A stretch of DNA of 64,000 nucleotides from Tubulanus polymorphus (taxonomy: Eukaryota > Animalia > Nemertea), in contig NC_134026.1 of assembly GCF_964204645.1 (NCBI RefSeq), positions 21,238,150 through 21,302,149 on the forward strand, in the 5' to 3' direction. The translations under genes were made by a program, and so were the position numbers. The notes beneath the pieces were generated by a model, which made no database searches, had not been told where the DNA came from, and saw only the letters and a program-made list of their open reading frames with translations. Positions 14,795 to 27,176 of the stretch are shown one piece after another (position 1 is the first letter of the stretch; every line of letters begins with the position of its first letter).

Positions 14795-17643
14795 CATTTA
14801 GGTCTGTCTGCAGAGTTTCCAGAACCTGTCATGTCAGGGCCCAAGACCTGACATGACAGGTGGGACCTCAGGTGACAGGTCGATTCGCTAAAATGAAAAT
14901 CGTTATGACTGAACCGATGATAGGCGATTAGAAGATATGATAGGCGCGGATTTAGAACAAATGATAGCCGATAAGAACACAAAGAACATATCGTAGTGCT
15001 TTCTGAATATATTATTCAAAAACAAAAAACAAACTAGGATGTGTTATGAATTCATTTAAGAATTTATGTTTGTCCGTTTATAAAAAGTTGTTGAACTATA
15101 TCGCCTTATGATAATAAAGATGGAATGATTGTGAATTATTGGAGAACATTGAACGAATTGTTTACAATTAATTTATTTTTTTGTAACACGAAACATAAAA
15201 ATATCAAGATCAGGCAAAATGATACCAGTAGTGCCTTATGTAATCATAATCAGTATTAATAACAATCATTATACTCATTAAGATTAGGCCCTATATTATT
15301 ATATATTATTATTAATTACTCGCAATATAATTAATTAACCAAGTGTACATACAATTTAAAAACATTTCAGTCCAAGCTTATAAGTTGACATAGATAAATT
15401 AGACATAACACTGATTAATTAGTGAGGCCTCACACGGCAACGCGCGCCATTTTGCAGAGCTTCGGGACCTGAGGTGACAGGTCTGCATTAAAACTGATGA
15501 AATGAAGGAAAACTTTAATTTTTATGGTCTCTTTATAGTAAAGAGTATAATATAAATTGGTTACCATGGATAGAATTAATCTTAAGTTACTATAAAACAA
15601 TAATTTTGAAGCGAGACCTCACACGGCAGCTCGCGCCATTTTGCAGAGTCTTCGGGACCTGTGGTGACAGGTCTGCATTAAAACTGATGAAATGGAAAAA
15701 ACTTCACTTTTTATGGTATCTTTATAGTAATGAATATAATATAAATTGCTAACCATAGATAGAGTTAATCTTAAGTTACTATATAAAACAATAATTTTGA
15801 AGCGAGACCTCACACGGCAGCTCGCGCCATTTTGCAGAGCTTCTCGAGACCTGTGGTGACAGGTCTGCATTAAAACTGATGAAATGAAGGAAAACTTTAA
15901 TTTTTATGGTCACTTTATAGCAATGAATATAATATAAATTGCTAACCATGGATATAGGTAATCTTAAGTTACTATAAAACAATAATTTTGAAGCGAGACC
16001 TCACACGGCAGCTCGCGCCATTTTGCAGAGTCTTCGGGACCTGTGGTGACAGGTCTGCATTAAAACTGATGAAATGGAAAAAACTTTAATTTTTATGGTC
16101 TCTTTATAGCAATGAATATAATATAAATTGCTAACCATGGATATAGGTAATCTTAAGTTACTATAAAACAATAATTTTGAAGCGAGACCTCACACGGCAG
16201 CTCGCGCCATTTTGCAGAGTCTTCGGGACCTGTGGTGACAGGTCTGCATTAAAACTGATGAAATGGAAAAAACTTCACTTTTTATGGTATCTTTATAGTA
16301 ATGAATATAATATAAATTGCTAACCATAGATAGAGTTAATCTTAAGTTACTATATAAAACAATAATTTTGAAGCGAGACCTCACACGGCAGCTCGCGCCA
16401 TTTTGCAGAGCCTTCGGGACCTGTGGTGACAGGTCTGCATTAAAACTGATGAAATGAAGGAAAACTTTAATTTTTATGGTCTCTTTATAGTAAAGAGTAT
16501 AATATAGATTGCTAAACATGGATATAGTTAATCTTAAGTTACTATAAAACAACAATTATGAAGCGAGACCTCACACGGCAACGCGCGCCATTTTGCAGAG
16601 CTTCTCGGGACCTGTGGTGACAGGTCTGCATTAAAACTGATGAAATGGAAAAAACTTTAATTTTTATGGTCTCTTTATAGCAATGAATATAATATAAATT
16701 GCTAACCATGGATATAGGTAATCTTAAGTTACTATAAAACAATAATTTTGAAGCGAGACCTCACACGGCAGCTCGCGCCATTTTGCAGAGTCTTCGGGAC
16801 CTGTGGTGACAGGTCTGCATTAAAACTGATGAAATGGAAAAAACTTTACTTTTTATAACCTTTATATAGTAATAAGTATGATATAAATTGCTAACCATTG
16901 ATAGAGTTAATCTTAAGTTACTATAAAACAATAATTATGAAGTGAGACCTCACACGGCAGCTCGCGCCATTTTGCAGAGCTTCTCGGGACCTGAGGTGAC
17001 AGGTCTGCATTAAAACTGGTATAAATTGAAAAAAAACTTCATGCTTTAAATTGATGATCAGTCTCAATAAAATCAGTTTCTATATTGCATTCGGCTCTTT
17101 TACATGTACATCATAAAGACAATGAATATAAATAGTGAGACTTCATGACTGATGACAGTGAGGAGTGTTGCCGAACTGTGATAGTGAGCAGTTAATTTTC
17201 AGTGTCTTATTGCGGAAACGAAATATCAAGACCTCGATTCATCTAGCGAAAATATTCTCTTATAATGTGCTCTTACTTCTACATTAATTAATTCATCTAC
17301 TAAATTAAAACTTATTTTTTTCCCTTAAATACAGTAATAAGTCATAGTTTACACATTAATATTTTCTTCTTATAAATCAGCCTTTCAAATGAATTATTTG
17401 TCAGAACATTTTCCTTATCGTTATTGTTGAATCATTTTCGATATTAACGACGGGTCAGAATATTCATTCAACTCAAAATGTTCTTCCATTCGTCTAGCAC
17501 ATGTCTAGATATTTCGCCGTTTCGTCAAATATTGTCATGAGTTTGGGTTTTTTCGGGACCTGACATGACAGGTCAGACCTGTCATGTCAGGTCTTAAGAC
17601 CTGACATGACAGGTTCTGGAAACTCTGCAGACAGACATCAATC
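14795..17643. mobile_element. 2.85-kb non-autonomous DNA transposon (hAT- or P-like), 8-bp TSD AAGTGATT
   Basis: TSD at 14787-14794 and 17644-17651. TIR GTCTGTCTGCAGAGTTTCCAGAACCTGTCATGTCAGG..AAGACCTGACATGACAGGT from 14802 mirrors 17575-17636. No transposase ORF. Confidence 0.85.
15423..17040. repeat. Tandem array of ~190-bp units (about 8.5 copies) inside the TIR element
   Basis: Unit GAGACCTCACACGGCAGCTCGCGCCATTTTGCAGAG..GGGACCTGTGGTGACAGGTCTGCATTAAAAC.. recurs at ~15424, 15613, 15804, 15994, 16184, 16375, 16564, 16755 and 16944. Confidence 0.95.
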
Positions 17644-17665
17644 AAGTGATTTGGCAGCCGCAAAA

Positions 17666-20600
17666 ATGGTCTGCAAAATTAGCTGGACTTTTCTCGTTGT
17701 TTTTGGTGAGTTTTTTTTATAATCGTTGATTAATTACCACTGAATAGATCTATTAAATGTAAGAAATTAGTACGTATTAGTCAAAATAATTACCCCACTC
17801 CTTAACTTGGCGCTTGTTCGTGTTTGATATCGACAATTTCTTGCATTTTTCGGCTACTTACTATGTTTGACTTTCCGGCGTCATACCTCTTTTTTCCTAG
17901 GTGAATTTCAGACAACTACAGAAATAACCCATTTAGTGTTATCAGAGAACATCAATACTTTTCCTAGGTTTTTTCGGCCAACATTCTCATTTGAGCACCA
18001 AATGTGTCTATTATTTGCAGGTGTTGCAACAATATCACCAGTTTTTTCTGCTGGAGACCACCAAACAGTTGGTAAGTTGTCGAAGTGGAAGCGCCTTAAA
18101 ATCCGGCAGACTTTTCTTCAAGTGAAAAAAATCGGGCAAAATATTCTTTTCGACTTGACGGGTGATCTTTTCTTTGGCGGGTGATCTTTGCCAATGCTGC
18201 ATTATTCCTGTTAAATTCCTACTACTTTGACAATGGCTCGTTCCGATTGGCTAAATTACACCACGCATGGGCGCTGAGGAGCATGACTTAGAAAACTGAA
18301 GGAAAGTGTAGAGAACAGAGTTCGAGAAAATAATTGCTGCTAATAATTAGTATTCAATTGCTAGCATGGTGACTTTCCACTAGACCACCGAGGCTCATGG
18401 AATGCCTCTGAATGTTGAAACTACAACTCGCTTAATTTGGATTTTTCAATCTGGATTCTCACCTAATTCGGATGAAATATTTGGTCCATTTTACTTGGAA
18501 CCATGTATACTACAATTCGTTATTCAGATTTTACTTAAGTCGAAGAAATGTGGGCAGTCCTTAGTAATCCGAATTAAGTGAGTTCTTCTGTATATGTCTG
18601 GCTCTTGACCTACCCCTAACCCTAGCTGTTAAACGGCCCTCTTGACCCCTAATAAAATGATTGTATTGTTATTTTTAGTTGTTTATCTTATTACAGTGTA
18701 TAGGTGTCGGCAAAATAGAATTTACTAAAATAATGCTGCATCGGTAAAATATCTATTTCCTTTTTCTTTTAGGCTTGAATGAAGTTGTATTCGTAATATT
18801 CAGTCAACCTGATAGCTTTCACACTCGCAGAGCTGAGGTTTTCATGAATAAATTCAAAGACCATGCATTGGAATTAAAAGAGGTATTACAAAGCAATATC
18901 ATCTACCCAGTATAGATTTTCCTTTAGATTCGCTATGACCCTTTCCTGTATACCACATTTAATCGGTTAACATTTCATTTACCATCAAGATATTTTATAA
19001 TTTTTTCAACATATGAATTTTTTGTGATTTTACAGAAAACTTACACCCTCCTAATGTTGCACGATCGGTGGCCGGAAGTTGGTTCGTGGACGTTATTTCC
19101 AATCATAGAAGAGTACGTATCCATTTTTTCTAAATTTCTTTTTCATTATAGCCCCTAGAATTTTTCAGATTTCGATACTAAAATTTCCGAGCTAACTCGC
19201 CAATAATCGTTCGTTATATTCACGATGAATGATTTTTAGTTAGAAATTCTATTCCTATACGAATGTTAGGGTGTTCAAGATTTTGTGTTGATTATGTCAC
19301 CCCACTGCCCAATACCAGCCTTCAGCCATTACTAATGGATTGTAAGTGTACTCATAGTGTTACTCGATGCATTTTTCAGTCTGGCTGAAATAATGGATGG
19401 AAAGAAATGGGTATTTTTCAGTCAAGTCGACACTACGGTCGACGTTATAAAACTGCTGTCCGTTTTGCAAAAATATGATCATGAAAAGGTAGTTACAAAA
19501 TGATTTGTTCATGAAATTAGTTTCAAACTGATGACAGCTTCAAATAATTGTTTAATCCTATAGAAAAGTTTTCATACACTTGTAAGAAACACTTCGCCAT
19601 TTTGAACAGCATCCCAGCCATCCTCCTTTGCGAGGATTCAAACCTAATGGCGTACAAATCTCTGTCATAGTAGACCAAACTATAAGCAAGTTTTTGAAAT
19701 CCATTCGAAAAAAAATCTAGGATGTTTTCCGTAATGCGATCACTGAAGTATCTTTTCTGAATGTCTTAATCATCGTATTTCAGAAAATATTCTTGGGCAA
19801 AGCTCTACGCGATAAAGAGTTCGCTATAATCCATCATTTCGAAGAGCCCAATAAATACATGTATCCAGACTTTGCCGCGGGCATGGCTCTGAGCCGATCC
19901 CTCATAAACAGGTAGGGTCGAAACTCGCCAAAACATTTCAATCCATTTTAATGCAGACATTATCGCCTGTATTATCTGGTCTTCCTTGAACATGTTGAGA
20001 CTGAAACCAGTAGAAAAGTTGTGGCTAGTAAAAATTCAAAATAAGCAGATTTCAGACTTTTTCGTTTTATATTGTGGGATTCTATTGCTTTTATCCACTA
20101 GTGATTAAGTAAAACTATGGCTGACACATTACTAATTTTATCTTAGTATGTGTGTTATTTCTGTGTTTTTCAGGCTTGCAAACATTCTGAAAATAAACAC
20201 CAATAACAGAAATAGTTTTTCAATCGATCCTAAATACGAGGTACGTACTAATCATTCGCATATCCCCATAAATTTGTCTATGATGTATTTGAGCCTTTAT
20301 TTTCTAAGTTGCATAGATAAACTACAGAAAATTAGACGATCAGTGTCAAAAACATGATAAAACAACCGAAATGTTTCTGAAACATCGACAAATTCGAAAT
20401 TTATAGAGCTCAGAATTTTCAGTGTTTAATTTTTCAAGAATAGATGTTTTCATAGTGATTTTTATGCCCAAGCTCTAACTATCTTCTATATACTGTATTA
20501 TGCATGTTTTACATGCACAACAAACTGACAAATTTCCCCTGTAAACCACAATACAATTGCATTGCACTTTTTTCATGAATTTCAGTTTGCAAAGTTTATA

Positions 20601-22633
20601 TACGATGAAGCGAAACAAATTGCTTTGACCAATGTTCCGGAGTTTTGCGCGGGCAACGAAGGACCTGAATGCGTTACTGGATTCCCAAATAAACTACCAG
20701 ATTGTGTGAGTAACCGTTTTGAAAATTACTCTATCTGATGCGGTGCTCATATACTCGTTTTCCTTTCCTCGTTGTAATTTGATGAATTTTCATTTCAGGG
20801 TCGCGGTATCTCCATTGATGATGTATTTTTTGGTGTAAAAACATGTAAAAACTTTCATACAGATAGAAGTAAGTACTACTGGCAACACAGTCTATCTAAT
20901 GTACTTCGATGTACCACACTCAGGGGAAGCCTCTGGGATATACCACTTTCCGAACTGGATCATTCATTTATTATGTATGAATGAAATTTGAATTTTTTAA
21001 CCCCCCTCCCCCCTCTGTATGCAAAATCTGCCATTTTTTCATATACATTAAGCATTACAGTACGCAATTGCACTTACCCCTCCCCCTCCCCTAATGCGTA
21101 CGTAATGAATCAATGACCCCAACTGTGGTCCTTTTCACAAGACTACACAAAGAAAAAACATGACGGTCCTTAAAGTGTAGTATGTAATCAGGTTTTAGCC
21201 AGATGGAATGACCCTTATCAAGTTTCACAAGGAAAAGCAATTCATCAATTTTCTTTTTAACGAGGCACTACCTGGCTCATAGACAAAACTGCAATGATAT
21301 CATTCTCTCTTTTCAGTCCCTGTGATAAAGGACACTTGGGTGAAAGATGTCAAGCATATCAAATTCTTTAGCGATTATGAAGACACCAGTATACCAACCA
21401 TAAACCTAGGTGTTAAAAACACAGAAAGAGGTAGAACAATCCATCGTTTAATTCCACTGCAATTTTTAGAAATATATTCATCCGAGCTAATTTCATTGAC
21501 GATAACAATAACTCCGAGAATATGTGCTTATATAAATCAGTCTTGAGAAAGCCTATTTCGTTGTTGCAGGACATTGTGCAAAAACGCTTGCCATATTGAA
21601 AAATATATTCAATAACGGAGAAACAAGAGATATAGATTGGATCGTAATCGCCGATGATGACACTCTGATAAGGTACTTATACGCAATAGATATTTTACTG
21701 GATGAAATTTTTGCTAACGTTAGTTTGTACGCGCTTTTCTTCATTGAATATACGTCATTTAAATTGCAGTGTCCCTCGACTGCGCAAATTCCTGGCTTGT
21801 TTCAATCCTAACGAATCGTTAGCTATCGGCGAGCGGTACGGTTATAGAACATCGATGGGACAAGGATATGACTATCTGACCGGAGGTGCTGGGTAAGTAA
21901 AAACTGGACAGAAATCGTTTGAATATTGATACAGAGCAATGTTATATTATTACGGTTACCAGCACTTTTCCCAAGACTCGAAATGTTTCAAAATATCGTA
22001 ATCGGAATAGAACAGGATGGCCGCTTACCTAGAAATCAGGGAAAAGTCAGCAAATTTCCTCTTCTTTAGAATAGTCAGGGAATTTGGTAAAAAAGCTAGA
22101 AATCAAGGGAAGTCAGGGAAATCTGTTGCGATTGCTAAATGATGCAAAAAATCAAACAGTTTCTATCTATTTCTTATGAATTTGACTGTGTTAATTGATA
22201 GAATTCTAAACAGATTGAGTCCGGGAAAACAATGTACATGTCCGAGAAATGTCAGGGAAAAAGCCAAAGTCAAATATAAAAGTGGCCACCCTCTAGAAAT
22301 TTCATTGAATGGATTGAGTTCAGCCCCAAAATTTATCAAAACATGAAATTTCATCAGAGTTTGGATTTAGCTGGCAGTTATAAAGCTGTTTGCATGAAAT
22401 AGTATTTAACCGGTTGACGCAGAAAATGATATGATAGGAAAGTTATCGTTCGTTTCAGGATGGTTTTGAGTAGGAAAGCCTTACACAGGCTGATCGATAC
22501 TGGTTTATGTCGGTGTTCATCTGACAATGCCCCTGATGATATGGTTATTTTTGGAACGTGTTTACTGCAACTAGGCATCCCTGTAACGCATAGTCCTCTG
22601 TTTCACCAGGTTAGTTGGCATTAATGATACATG

Positions 22634-22667
<34 letters not shown>

Positions 22668-23354
22668 CGACGTTGGTAGACTGCACTACACTGCGTCTCA
22701 GTGGAGGTAACAATAAAAATAAGGCTGCAAAAAAACATTAAAATTTAGAAATTGTTTACAAAGTTATTCTTCTGAACGCTGTTCGCACTAAGTGGGTATT
22801 GTAATCTTCGACATCGAGTTGAATTTTGGTAACATTGAATTGCTGTTATGTAATGAATCGTTTAATCGTATAGTATGAGGTGGTATAGTATAGTATAGTA
22901 TCGTATAGTATTCATAGTGGAGGTGTTTTATAATAAAACCTCATAGCAGTGTGCTTCAGTACCCAGTTCAATGTAGTTCCAAGTTAATTCTGTGAGATCA
23001 AAAGAGTGAGTTCATTTTTTCAAATATTTTAGTTCAACCCAGAAGTGGAACTGGGTCTTGAGGAAAAAACATTTGTTAGTTTTAACCTTATTACCTTATC
23101 ATCATTATATTGAATTATATAACTTGATCGTTGGTGGAAATGATTGATAACTACGTATCCGATTAGAAGTACCGGTATTAAATGATTATTTTCTCTTATA
23201 TTTCCAGGCTCGAGTCAACGACTATTCAGATGGATATCTGAGTCACCAGTTGCCGATTTCTTTCCATAAGTTCTACGCCAACGATCCGCGTAAAGATTAC
23301 AAGCGATGGCTTCAGGACGAGAATATTCTGAAAAGACGTCACGATGAACTTTAA
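17666..23354 (+). CDS. B3GLCT: Beta-1,3-glucosyltransferase (GT31/Fringe-like, ~469 aa, 14 exons)
   Basis: Exons 17666-17705, 18021-18071, 18773-18882, 19036-19112, 19380-19488, 19784-19911, 20174-20240, 20586-20705, 20799-20868, 21317-21430, 21570-21672, 21770-21892, 22459-22609, 23208-23354; all GT-AG and in frame. Hydrophobic N-terminus, [32 protein letters not shown] (DxD), GERYGY, YLTGGAG, APDDM, PISFHK, C-terminal HDEL. Confidence 0.93.
22013..22293. mobile_element. CAGGG-type MITE with 5-bp TSD (TAGAA)
   Basis: TAGAA|CAGGATGGCCGCTTACC ... AAGTGGCCACCCTC|TAGAA; internal TCAGGGAA repeats; same family as 10319-10501, opposite orientation. Confidence 0.7.
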
Positions 23355-26300
23355 TCGTCCAGACGAGTTGGCAGTCTGTTTTGTATGCTGAATCTCAAAT
23401 GGTTCGCACTTCCACAATTTTGAGTGTGATTTGATCTACAGCCTTGAGTTATTTCTGATAGTACTTGATAGCATTGCTGGTGCCACTCGATATTGAAAAA
23501 CAACAATTATATGGGAGTGTAGCTCATGACTGAAACTGTTTCAAGCTATATTCCGCAGTTAAACTCAAGTTCTGAACTGCAATGATCTGAAAATCTCCTT
23601 AAGGTGAATGCTGTTTCTTTTTTGTCTTCAGAAAATTGGCTCCAGGTCGACCTGTGCCGTTTTAACATAGCCATGACGCAATTATAAGTACGTACACACG
23701 TGTATGAGAACATTTTTCAACATTCATTACGAAGAACACTTTTGAATGTTATTATTGTTACAATGGACAGAGATATATACTTGGTAAATGAAATATCAAT
23801 ATATTCATAAGCAACTGTGTCATATTTTCAAGCCGTTTACACTTTTAAGACTTTTAGTCTAAGCATGTTTGTACATTTGGTGAGCATATCGTCAGATCTA
23901 CACACACACCGTTTGATGTGTAGTTTTGATAAACTTCTACTTAAAAAAGATTTTCATATGCCTTTGTAATTCATGAAAGTATTCATGTAATATGCAACCA
24001 TAAAATACCCTTACCACGCAGTATATTTGTGTATCGTTTATGAAATTATGTTATTTATTTATTTGTGTATGAAGTCCTACAGAGTTTTCCAGTGCATTTC
24101 ACGAAAGCCAAAAAGTTTTTATAACGGAGAGAGTCTAAGTTTGTGGCATAATACGATGTAAATTTTTGCAGGATCGGTCTAGTTTTCATTCTAGATAAGT
24201 CATTAACAATAAGTATTATTATTAGTGCTAAGTAGACACAGTTCTTGTAAATTAAGTGTTGGCCAAATACTGCATGTGTTTGGCTTCATTTTAAACCATC
24301 GTTTCATGGGTATAATGTTACTTGTATCCCGAAATCTTGAAGAAAGTTTAAGATTTACTATATAGATCTTAAATGGGCTTTGAATCTAAACCTAGACTGT
24401 GTCAATCCCAGGACCAGTTTAACCTGACTGTTTTGATTAAACTCAACGAGTTACCTTGTTTAAGTAAAACTCATTTATAACGCTAATACCAGTCTTTCAT
24501 TATCTCATTACTTGGAAAACATTCAGACATACAATTTCGGGAGCAACCTAGGTTACGTTAACAACGCACGTTTTTCAGCAATACCTATTATCATCCATCT
24601 TCGTCAATTTTTGTGGAAGGTTCCGGATAATTGCAGTATAAATGAATGATAGCAGTATAAAATACCAATAATAGCTGAATAACTACTGAAAGACAAGCAA
24701 TTACTGACAGTACCGGAGTCTACTGTACAATTATGCACAGTTCTTATTCATATATGACATGTATAACAGAAATGAGTATTGTTTAAGACATGAGAAATGT
24801 TAAAAGATCTCAAGTTCAGTGTATTTATGCGAGTTGGGCGTGGTATACATTAGAATTTAGATGGTTTACCACTACGAACAAGTCATTTAAGACAGTATTC
24901 TTTTGTTGTCTTGTCTATGTTTTTCTTTTTTAATTTTACTTACATAATCAGAAGGTGATTAAAATATCTTCCATAAATATGGCTTTATAAATCTATATAT
25001 TTATATATTCTCATAGAAGACCTATTTACACCATATATTATTATTATACACACCACGGTGTATATGTGTATAATTTACGTAAAATTTATTCATACGATGA
25101 ATAAAATGTGTTCATAATTATCCTCAAAACAAAGTTTCTTTTGATTATGTTTCATGTTTTTTTTTACAGAGTATTCAACATCGAGAGGATATTTTCCCTC
25201 TAAATAGAGCTGAACTACTTCTTTAATTGCAACTGACTGAGGCCAGGCATCATTATTCATGAAAAATACCTTTCGATTCAAAATTATGACATATACTACG
25301 CATAGATCTGATTAATTATTGGTCCACTCCTTCAAAATTCGAATGTGCCCTCCGAAAGGTTTTTTTGCAAAGATAATTCGATAAATAAGAAAACTGAATT
25401 CAAATGGGCTTCAAATTTTCTTCAAATGGGATTTTCTCCAAAACCCCCACCACTGTTTCGCATGCAGCCCTGGATTTGCCAAGTATGCCCTTATCAAACT
25501 AAGTGCCCATATCCACCCCTTTCAAAGAATTCGAGATCCGGCCATGCCTGGTATGTCAGATGGGCATTGTCATTACCCACTTACCTCCGAAAAAAATAAT
25601 TACCTCACTGAATAACTGTACCAAAACAACAAGTTCGTTAATAATATATATATTTTTTATTTTTGATATGTGTGTCTAGTAATGTTGATTAGAAAATGCT
25701 TGAATATGTATCAATGATTTCTCATTATAATAATTACTATTAATTATTCAATTAAGCAACAGCAGGGCTCTCAAGGACTAGCTTTCTGAAAGATTAGCAC
25801 ATAAATACGTATTTTGGAGGAACTAAAAACCACAGAATAGTTCCTATACAGGAAATTAATCAATATCATCAGAAATGTATTATAACCTAAAATATTTTCA
25901 ACAAAGATTTTTTGTTAGAATTTTCTGAAACCTCTGGACGAATTACCTGCATTTGAGAGATTTAAAGCTTACAGTAGTAACAAACTTCGTTACACAGCAG
26001 AATTGCGTTAATTCAGCTACGAATACTTTAGATCAACTCATAGATATATCACTCCATACAAAGAATGCGGAACATACATACGCGCAGAGAAAATATGCAG
26101 CACATAGAAAAATATATGACATATTATGAAGGTACTGGTTATAGGACTGTAGCAACTGGCTGCTTAATTGGTCCAACATTTAGGAAAGATAATGCGACGG
26201 ATTGAGACACTTTTTGGCAAAATCGCAATATATTGCTCGACAAAATGTTGAACCAGTTAAACCGACTATAAAACTCTCATCGGTGCAAATACAAACAGCA

Positions 26301-27176
26301 ATGAAAAATATAGTTTATTCATACTTCAACAAACAAATGGAGACTTTCCATACTCTAGCAGCTTATAAACATTTTATAGAGGTAAATCTACGGATTTAAA
26401 AGCGTTTTCCAGCTAAAAATTGGCATTTAGTCACTATATATAAGATTTCAAATCATTCACAGAACAATAGTATGCGGTCCTTAATCTAAATTCAGAATGT
26501 ACGGCATGTCTTAAATGGTTTTTGATTAAAATTTTGACCTTGCATTTGTAGGATTTGCAATATTGTTGAATCGAAATAAACTTCATCAATGCCAAATGAT
26601 AGGGGTTAAGTGAGTTTTTATATAGCAATATATACATACTAATAATTATAATTCAACGACTGAAAGGAATTACTACTGTAATCAACAAAATATACCCCGG
26701 TTAATACACCAAAATTATCTTATTTTCAATCCTGAACATAATCACTGGAAGACTTCCTCCTTTTCTACAGTACATCGACATCAAAATACAGGAATTCATG
26801 AATCATAAAGGACAATGAAATTCGATAAAGCTTAAGACTGCTTTATTGCAACGAATTTGGCTAATAGTGAATAGTAATCTACATTTACAAAAGAGGAAAA
26901 TAGTGAAAAAAAGATTAGATCTAATGGCACAAATAAAAGATTTTGATTTAAAAGTTCTTATATTCTCTTACCTCTACCTTAAACGAGCTAATTTCTATTA
27001 TTTCCTAGAATTTCAAAAACTTGAAAATTCAATCGTTTAAAATCAAAATTATCGGTGTTTAATCTAATGTTTAAAGAGATATTGCTAGTAACCAAGTGAT
27101 TCAATTGAATACAAGTAGAATATAGCATAAACATGTATAAATTTAGCAGCCTGAGTTCCAACATCAATTGAATCTA

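Noticed and set aside
15619-16742. Repeated ORFs such as MQTCHHRSR...
   Set aside because: Translations of the 190-bp array; the frame shifts between units.
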